DNA of 52,861 nt from a virus. Its lineage: Duplodnaviria > Caudoviricetes. Under the pieces are notes generated by a model. It ran no database searches. It had not been told where the DNA came from and was given only the letters and a program-made list of their open reading frames with translations. The position numbers were made by a program, and so were the translations under genes. Shown here one piece after another: positions 47,259-52,861 of this stretch. Numbering within the stretch: the first letter of the stretch is position 1; every line of letters begins with the position of its first letter. The stretch spans positions 1-52,861 of the IMG/VR virus record IMGVR_UViG_3300033149_002181. One strand, written 5' to 3'.

Positions 47259-47488
47259 TTTTCTTAGATTTTTTCTTAGATAGAGGCAAAAGAAAAATCC
47301 TGACTTCGCGTCAGGATTGAGTTTGTGCATGGTCGGGCCGACAGGATTTGAATTTGTCATCGTATCTCTCCTAATTTTCTCTGAATTTCTAAAAACCTTG
47401 TAAAATAAAAGACTGCAGTTATTATTGTTTTTTTACGTTCCCTCAGATTTCTAAGAATTTTTCTATTTATTCTTAGAAAATTTTTAGA
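47259..47488. other. attP site: tRNA 3'-end core (47330-47352), terminator hairpin and arm-type repeats
   Basis: Minus strand TTCAAATCCTGTCGGCCCGACCA; hairpin 47296-47318; ttttcttaga repeats at 47259 and 47271 with variants at 47450-47488. Confidence 0.85.
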
Positions 47489-47654
47489 CAGGTTAAATAA
47501 AAAATAACCCGCTTTAACAGGGCTATATAAAAATCTTTTCAGCAAAGACTGATTTGGCTGAAGCCATGAAAATGATAATGCTTGCAGGAAAAGCATTTAG
47601 AGTGACAATAGAGGAGGTATAAAAAAAACCGGAATTAATTTCCGGTCTTTCAGC

Positions 47655-47903
47655 TTACCACTGGGAGAGAAAATCCTCCTCAGTGATATTTTCATGTCCC
47701 CACGCTCTGGCTTCTGCTGCTAAATGGCGGGCATCTTCGCGGAGGGTCGGACATTCTCTGACGTGTTCTTCCCACCGCTCCACCTCCCAGACTTCACATG
47801 CGTCTGTTCCTCCGTAATCGGCGGAGGCAGTTCCAATGGTGACACCGCAAAGCCCGCAAATAACATGCAATTTGTCATTGATATAAATATGTTTAGTTTT
47901 CAA
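47655..47903 (-). CDS. Small zinc-binding hypothetical protein
   Basis: CGLCG...H..EC; RBS AGGAGGG. Confidence 0.55.
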   Translation of the reverse strand: MKTKHIYINDKLHVICGLCGVTIGTASADYGGTDACEVWEVERWEEHVRECPTLREDARHLAAEARAWGHENITEEDFLSQW

Positions 47904-47926
47904 ATTTTTCCCTCCTTTTTTTTATT

Positions 47927-47988
47927 TTGGCCTGCCTCATCAGCGGTGGGCGGCCAACCTCACCGGACGCCCTGAAGGGCGTTTCGGC
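47927..47988 (-). ncRNA. Type II hammerhead ribozyme
   Basis: GCC-GAAA-CGCCC TTCA GGGCG-TC^-CGGTG...CACCG-CTGATGA-GGC; loop TTGGCC pairs with 3' GGCCAA. Confidence 0.92.
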
Positions 47989-48206
47989 TATTCTACGAAG
48001 TCCGTATCCCCGTCTGGCAACATACGGTATGTGCCAGACTTAATCCGGAAACTTCGATGATCGAAGTTTTCTGGACACCCGATGTGGAATTCGCCGTCGG
48101 TCTGGTCAAATTCCAAAATGTCTAATGGGGCTCCGCATTCGGGGCAGCGGAGATTTTCCAACCCTTCCGTGGAGCCATTCCGTTTGAAAATGACAGTGTA
48201 AATCAT
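47988..48206 (-). CDS. Small zinc-ribbon protein
   Basis: CPECG...C....H; RBS GGAGG. Confidence 0.55.
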   Translation of the reverse strand: MIYTVIFKRNGSTEGLENLRCPECGAPLDILEFDQTDGEFHIGCPENFDHRSFRIKSGTYRMLPDGDTDFVE

Positions 48207-48207
48207 T

Positions 48208-48558
48208 TTAATCCTCCTTTTTTCTGTTTCTTTCTAAATGGTATTCACACATACATGTACTACGTGGAGAAATTGGGCGCGTACAGTACATGCAAATACC
48301 ATTCGCTTTTTTCTTGTCACGATATTGCCGCGTTTCTTCTGCTGTTCGGGGACGAGACTGGTATTTTTTCATTGCCTTACGTATTTTCCCTAAACAGCTT
48401 TGGCAATACCATTTACTAGTTTTTGCTATCGGTCTCTTGCCGCATTGGGCGCAGAGACCGGATTTTCTCAATTTTGCCTGCCGGTCGGCTTCATTTTTTT
48501 CAGCCGTTCCAAGCAGGCAAAACAAATTGTTTTGCCTGGAAGGGCAGGATTTGAACAA
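48208..48558 (-). CDS. Basic Cys-rich protein with repeated CxxC units
   Basis: GLCAQCG...CQSC; GICMYC...CEYH. Confidence 0.55.
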   Translation of the reverse strand: MFKSCPSRQNNLFCLLGTAEKNEADRQAKLRKSGLCAQCGKRPIAKTSKWYCQSCLGKIRKAMKKYQSRPRTAEETRQYRDKKKANGICMYCTRPISPRSTCMCEYHLERNRKKED

Positions 48559-48722
48559 TTAGTGCAAATCCCACCCTTCTTTTTTTGATAATATTTTTTC
48601 CTTTTTTTGTTCTAAGTGGTAATCACATAACCACTTAGAACGTTCTGAGAGCGGGCGAGAGCACTTCATGCAGAAGCCTTGCTCTCGCTTTTGACGAAAA
48701 TATTTTTGTTGGGCTTTGTATT

Positions 48723-48995
48723 TCATCCGGCAAAAACTTCGCCTTCACTTTCTACTTCATCGCCAATCAGCTCCCCGTCCTCGATATGAACGGGGATATG
48801 ATTTTCGTATGTGGCGGAGAAGGTTTTCTGAGATAACGGAATTTTCTCGGTATATAATGAAGTTTTGTCCCCGGGGATATCCGATGGGACGACGATCATG
48901 GCGGTATCTTCTTGGATGCGAAGTTCGAAGCCCCGAGGAAGTAATTTTTTTGTTTCAGGATGATAGATACATCTGTCAATCCAGTAGGTTTTCAT
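48723..48995 (-). CDS. Hypothetical protein
   Basis: Likely start MKTYWID after GGAGGAGG. Confidence 0.5.
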   Translation of the reverse strand: MKTYWIDRCIYHPETKKLLPRGFELRIQEDTAMIVVPSDIPGDKTSLYTEKIPLSQKTFSATYENHIPVHIEDGELIGDEVESEGEVFAG

Positions 48996-49196
48996 TTTCC
49001 TCCTCCTCTTCGGCTCTTTTAATATACCAGTCAACGTCGTAAAGACCGTTGACCTGTTTCATCAATTCTCCGGCTTTCCGGAGAACTCTCTCCCGGTATT
49101 CGGGAGTAGAAAACTTGCAAAAGTCGGTATCTTCCGCTGGCATGTTGTCTATAGTACAACAGCCAACGGTATATTGGGGACAAAATTTACATAACA

Positions 49197-49550
49197 TTAG
49201 ATATCCTCCTCTTCTAGTTTGTCTTCTTCCTCCTCGGCCATTTGTTCCTCGTAGAGCTGTTTCAGCTCTCGGAACTTCTTGGTTTCGAGGAGATTGAGAT
49301 TTTGGGACCGGAGAATCTCCTGGAGAGCTTGCTCTGCGGAAATAATTTCCGCGTAATCGCGCTCTCCTTGCCATTGTGTCCCATGGATCAGGACGTATCG
49401 ACCGTCCCGAAGTTTGGTCAGTCCTTTGTGGCGCCCCACAGAACCGCAGGTCCAATCCTGGCCATTCCAAAAATCTAAGTTTTGGTTGTACCGAACGCGG
49501 GCAATAACTTTTTTGCCCTCATAAACATTCACTCTGTATTCTTTTGCCAT
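49197..49550 (-). CDS. Hypothetical protein with acidic tail
   Basis: RBS AGGAGGAG; 117 aa. Confidence 0.6.
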   Translation of the reverse strand: MAKEYRVNVYEGKKVIARVRYNQNLDFWNGQDWTCGSVGRHKGLTKLRDGRYVLIHGTQWQGERDYAEIISAEQALQEILRSQNLNLLETKKFRELKQLYEEQMAEEEEDKLEEEDI

Positions 49551-49592
49551 ATTTTTCTCCTCCTTTCTCTGGGATCATAGCTCCCGGCCAGC

Positions 49593-50375
49593 CTAAAATA
49601 GGTCAGCTAACTGGCGTTCCTCCCACGTGGCAGAGAGGAGGGAGTCGCCTGTCCATATATAATAATGGGCTTCAGGAGCACCGTAGAGCCGTCCAGAATA
49701 ACCGGTACGGAATACGATGTCCTTCGAAATAAGGGCAATAAGCTGCTCTCCCGAACCCATTCTACCAGCATCTCCCTGGGCAATAACACCTTTGGTGAGG
49801 ATTTTTCCGGGAAATGGCGCAAAACTGAGGTGCCGCTCGAACCCCGCATCCCAGCGCCACTTGTTTGGGTCGTCATCGGGATATATGGTTTTCATGAGTG
49901 TACGGGAATACTCCCGTACTTCATCAGCAGTATACCGGTCTTGTGCCGGTATCCCGACCCGCCAGGCGTCACTGGAGCGGTAGGGAGATAACTGCCACCA
50001 TTCCGCAGTCCGGTCTCCGGTGTGGGAATTACCTCCCCGGAAACCGATACCCGTGCGAAGTACGGCAATGATTTTCTCGTCCGTGTCTGCTTCGGTCGTG
50101 GCAAAGAATTTGGGGTTGCCCGCTCGGGTCTGGCCAATGCGGGCAGTGGTAACGGTAGTACTGCCGTTTTTCTCCCATTCCTGTTGTTGTTCCGGCAGGA
50201 GTTGGACCGGCAGGACACCGAGTTGGCGCCCACGCCCCTCCTCCCCGACTAAGATAGCGGGGATAGATATCCCTGCTCCTTTGAGGGGGAGTGAGGTCAC
50301 CTGCGCTCCCTTTGTAACGGAGCCGTTTTTGATGGTGAAAATAAGCATATATAATACCTCCTTATTCTCCCTCAC
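49593..50375 (-). CDS. Hypothetical protein
   Basis: 260-aa ORF; likely start MLIFT after AGGAGG. Confidence 0.6.
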   Translation of the reverse strand: MRENKEVLYMLIFTIKNGSVTKGAQVTSLPLKGAGISIPAILVGEEGRGRQLGVLPVQLLPEQQQEWEKNGSTTVTTARIGQTRAGNPKFFATTEADTDEKIIAVLRTGIGFRGGNSHTGDRTAEWWQLSPYRSSDAWRVGIPAQDRYTADEVREYSRTLMKTIYPDDDPNKWRWDAGFERHLSFAPFPGKILTKGVIAQGDAGRMGSGEQLIALISKDIVFRTGYSGRLYGAPEAHYYIWTGDSLLSATWEERQLADLF

Positions 50376-50450
50376 ACCCTCTAGGCCGAGTCCCTTTTCA
50401 AGAGAGGGTTTGGGGAGTATTGTCTCGGTCAGTGGGGCGCTAGGCCCCGT

Positions 50451-50612
50451 TTAGCACCAGTCATCTGGTGCTACCACAACAGTGTCCTCGTCAAGACGGT
50501 ATATGGTTCCCGAAGCGGGGAGCTCTCCGTTGTAGTCGGCATAGACATTGATGTCTATGCCATCAATGAACCCAGATTCCTGTCCGGTTAGCTCCTGTAA
50601 GTTTTTGAACAT
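50451..50612 (-). CDS. Small acidic hypothetical protein
   Basis: Start MFKNLQ after AAAGGAGAAGG. Confidence 0.5.
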   Translation of the reverse strand: MFKNLQELTGQESGFIDGIDINVYADYNGELPASGTIYRLDEDTVVVAPDDWC

Positions 50613-50700
50613 TTTTCCTTCTCCTTTCTGCCGGGATAAGGCTTCCGGCGGGCCAGAATGACTAAGTAACAATTTTGGAGCGCTAAGCCCTGTCTGGTAG

Positions 50701-50901
50701 TCATGCGGATTGTAGTGGATTACCGTTATCGTTCAGCCAAAATCTGGTATAATCCTTGATCTTCCCCGCTGCTTTTGCGACTTTCAATTCTTCCAAAAGT
50801 TCCGGGGTGAGTACTTTTTGTACTCCGTCTACAACGGCATATCCCTCCATTTTTCTTTCCTTTTCCCATACGCTCTTTTTGATTCCGATTCTAACTTCCA
50901 T
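50701..50901 (-). CDS. Small hypothetical protein, first gene of the early operon
   Basis: RBS AGGAGG downstream of a strong promoter. Confidence 0.55.
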   Translation of the reverse strand: MEVRIGIKKSVWEKERKMEGYAVVDGVQKVLTPELLEELKVAKAAGKIKDYTRFWLNDNGNPLQSA

Positions 50902-50932
50902 TTAATTTCCTCCTTCCTTGATTTCTGTTTTA

Positions 50933-50961
50933 ATTGTACTACTTTTTATCCCAATTGTCAA
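50933..50961 (-). promoter_or_regulatory. Strong sigmaA-type promoter
   Basis: TTGACA, 17 nt, TACAAT on the minus strand. Confidence 0.8.
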
Positions 50962-51070
50962 TACTTTCGGGACAATATTTTTCTATCTTTTAAAATGTTA
51001 ACATTATGTTCGTATAAATCGAACAAAAGAGCATAAAAAAAGCCCCCCGAAGGAGGTATACCTGTAAAAT

Positions 51071-51096
51071 AAAAAAAACCCCCTCTTTCGAGGGGT
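51071..51096 (-). terminator. Terminator of the lysis operon
   Basis: CCCCTC-GAAA-GAGGGG followed by a T8 run. Confidence 0.8.
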
Positions 51097-51242
51097 AACG
51101 GAGAGTAGTGGTGAGTAGGTTAATTTTGCAGTACTTCGACCAGGGTTTTCTCTAATATTCTGCCGTAGCCATTATAAACAAATTCCTTGCGATAGACACG
51201 GCCATCGATGTAATAATAAACCATATTAGCACCTCCTGCCTA

Positions 51243-51404
51243 TTAAAATAGCCAACCGAACAAAAACTTAAGAATCCTTGAACCCTCAACTATCGGTTGC
51301 AACCAAAGGACAAATTTAACAATGCCGATTAAGGCACCAATAGTTAGAAGTATGCCCAAAACAAAAGTGACCTTTTCATCGATTTTCTCCCACAACTTAA
51401 ACAT
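51243..51404 (-). CDS. Small membrane protein (53 aa, not in ORF track), lysis accessory
   Basis: MFKLWEKIDEKVTFVLGILLTIGALIGIVKFVLWLQ...; RBS AGGAGG; overlaps the holin stop. Confidence 0.55.
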   Translation of the reverse strand: MFKLWEKIDEKVTFVLGILLTIGALIGIVKFVLWLQPIVEGSRILKFLFGWLF

Positions 51405-51639
51405 GCTTATCCTCCTTAATTTTATTCGCCCGAGCTTCTACAGTCTTCCGGACCTCATTTCCCACGAAATTTAGTACTCCCTGGCCAATCAGAGCGGTTA
51501 TAATCGCCGGTACGTACTTCCAGAGCTCTTTGTATTCGGGATTTTGAAAAGTCAGATACAACATAGCTACAAGGACGACAGAGGTCATGACCAGGCCCCA
51601 TACAAGAGCGATACCGGCGTATTTAGTGCCCGTTCTCAT
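51397..51639 (-). CDS. Putative holin
   Basis: Two TM segments and a basic C-terminus; adjacent to the endolysin. Confidence 0.65.
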   Translation of the reverse strand: MRTGTKYAGIALVWGLVMTSVVLVAMLYLTFQNPEYKELWKYVPAIITALIGQGVLNFVGNEVRKTVEARANKIKEDKHV

Positions 51640-52205
51640 GTCAATCCCGCCTTTTCAAGATATATCAGCACTCCCCGAACCACTGCCGCTGCATAGGTTT
51701 TCCAATTGTCGCACAGCTTTTGCCGGTCCGCCGGATTGTCTCCATAGCCATATTCAATTATGAGAGTTTGAACGGCGCCCGTCAGCCGGTGCATAAAATA
51801 ATAATCCCTCCCCGGGTAATCGTTTGATTCTCTAATTCGGATCGGGTTGACATTCGGTTTCATATCAGTTCGTCGGAGTTTCTCATATATCCACTGCGCA
51901 AACGTCGGTTTCGCATGAATTGAATGATATATTTCAAATCCGGATCTGTGACCATCAAAGGCATTCACATGATTCGAGATACACAAAAGCGCGCCTGAGT
52001 CTCTCACAATGCGCGCTCTTTTGGTCGGTTCGATATATATGTCCTCTCGCCTAGTCATAGTGGCCGGTATGCCCCACTTTTGGAATAGTTCCAACTGATA
52101 GAATGATGTATTGAGATTCCAGTCTTTTTCAGTGAAAAGAATATTTGTTCCGCCGCCCAAATCCCTCCCCCCATGTCCGGGATCGATGATAATTTTTGGT
52201 CTCAT
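51636..52205 (-). CDS. Endolysin, N-acetylmuramoyl-L-alanine amidase (Amidase_3)
   Basis: IIIDPGHGG, EKD.NL, ISNHVNA, IIEYGY. Confidence 0.92.
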   Translation of the reverse strand: MRPKIIIDPGHGGRDLGGGTNILFTEKDWNLNTSFYQLELFQKWGIPATMTRREDIYIEPTKRARIVRDSGALLCISNHVNAFDGHRSGFEIYHSIHAKPTFAQWIYEKLRRTDMKPNVNPIRIRESNDYPGRDYYFMHRLTGAVQTLIIEYGYGDNPADRQKLCDNWKTYAAAVVRGVLIYLEKAGLT

Positions 52206-52232
52206 TGTTCACCGCCGCCTTCCATTTTGCTA

Positions 52233-52511
52233 TTACTGCCCTCCATTCTTCCACTCATTAATAATAATACCGGCCAGAAGATAACCAAGCCGTTCTCCTG
52301 CGCTCCATACCCGTTTCCAGATGGTTTTCCTGACTCCAGCAGCTCCTGCTGATTGATTTTGGACTTGTTCCAATACCCTAAGCCGGCTTTCGTGATCGCG
52401 TAGTGTTCCATTTGTTCTTTTCGCCTGCTCCAGTATTTGCTCCAGTGTGCCGCGTTGTTTGCCTTGTTCTTCTTTGATTTCAAGTAGGATTTCGAGTTCT
52501 ATTGGTTCCAT
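52233..52511 (-). CDS. XhlA/holin-like coiled-coil membrane protein
   Basis: Coiled coil (RTNG.LRDHESRLRVLE) plus C-terminal hydrophobic segment; upstream of the amidase. Confidence 0.55.
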   Translation of the reverse strand: MEPIELEILLEIKEEQGKQRGTLEQILEQAKRTNGTLRDHESRLRVLEQVQNQSAGAAGVRKTIWKRVWSAGERLGYLLAGIIINEWKNGGQ

Positions 52512-52584
52512 ATAGCCAGCCTCCTTAAGTTTTTAATATATATATGACGATATTTAGTGCTGCCGATTATTAATAGGGGATAGC

Positions 52585-52612
52585 AAAGCCCGGAGGATAT
52601 CTCCGGGCTTTT
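52585..52612. terminator. Bidirectional terminator-like hairpin
   Basis: aaagcccggag-gatat-ctccgggcttt. Confidence 0.7.
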
Positions 52613-52861
52613 GGATATAAAAAAAGAGTTTTTTTAGCTCTACTTCGTCACAATTAATTTAAAATAATAATCAATGTCCGAGAAGTATTGGTAGACTACA
52701 TTTAAGCAACCTAAAAAAATAAAATATACGATTTAAAAATCCTTCCTAATTACATTTAGGACATTTGTCCTCCTAAAGATAATTCAGAAAAATTTTTATC
52801 CTCTTAAATGCCCTGCATATCTTTGGGTTTGGATATTCAAGGGCCCATTTAATGGGGGCAG

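Larger units (their letters stand above)
1..52861. mobile_element. Temperate tailed phage (siphovirus-like) genome, apparently complete and non-integrated
   Basis: Packaging, head, tail, lysis, replication, immunity and integrase modules are all present. Phage genes flank attP on both sides. Lysis genes at the right end would follow the tail genes at the left end on a circle. No host housekeeping genes. Confidence 0.9.

Noticed and set aside
47330-47352. tRNA gene
   Set aside because: Only the 3' 23 nt are present; interpreted as the att core.
48611-48690. Hairpins ttctaagtggt/accacttagaa and gcgagagc/gctctcgc as a ribozyme
   Set aside because: No catalytic core of a known ribozyme class recognised; may be a terminator or operator.

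Overview
The window is very probably one complete, circularly permuted temperate siphovirus genome of about 52.9 kb. Its host is Firmicutes-like and possibly diderm. On the minus strand are packaging, head and tail genes (1-23 kb), replication and recombination genes (29-44 kb), an early operon of small genes (47.6-50.9 kb) and lysis genes (51.2-52.5 kb). On the plus strand are CI, two envelope cargo genes and a tyrosine integrase next to an intact attP whose core matches a tRNA-Pro 3' end. Five features stand out. (1) A LAGLIDADG homing endonuclease with its own perfect TTGACA-17-TATAAT promoter sits antisense and codon-aligned inside a DNA methyltransferase, whose reading frame stays open across it with no visible intein or intron. 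(2) An array-less type IV-B CRISPR-Cas effector cassette (csf1, cas11, csf2, csf3, cysH) carries an extra HTH gene and a symporter-like gene. (3) A 1261-aa head-module protein joins NTase, SAM-MTase, ATP-dependent ligase, UDG, LigD-phosphoesterase-like and XkdF-protease-like domains, with a recurring motif at the linkers that may be a cleavage site. (4) There is a type II hammerhead ribozyme. (5) There is an anticodon-less tRNA-like RNA upstream of the terminase genes. All family calls come from motif recognition by eye; no database search was run.
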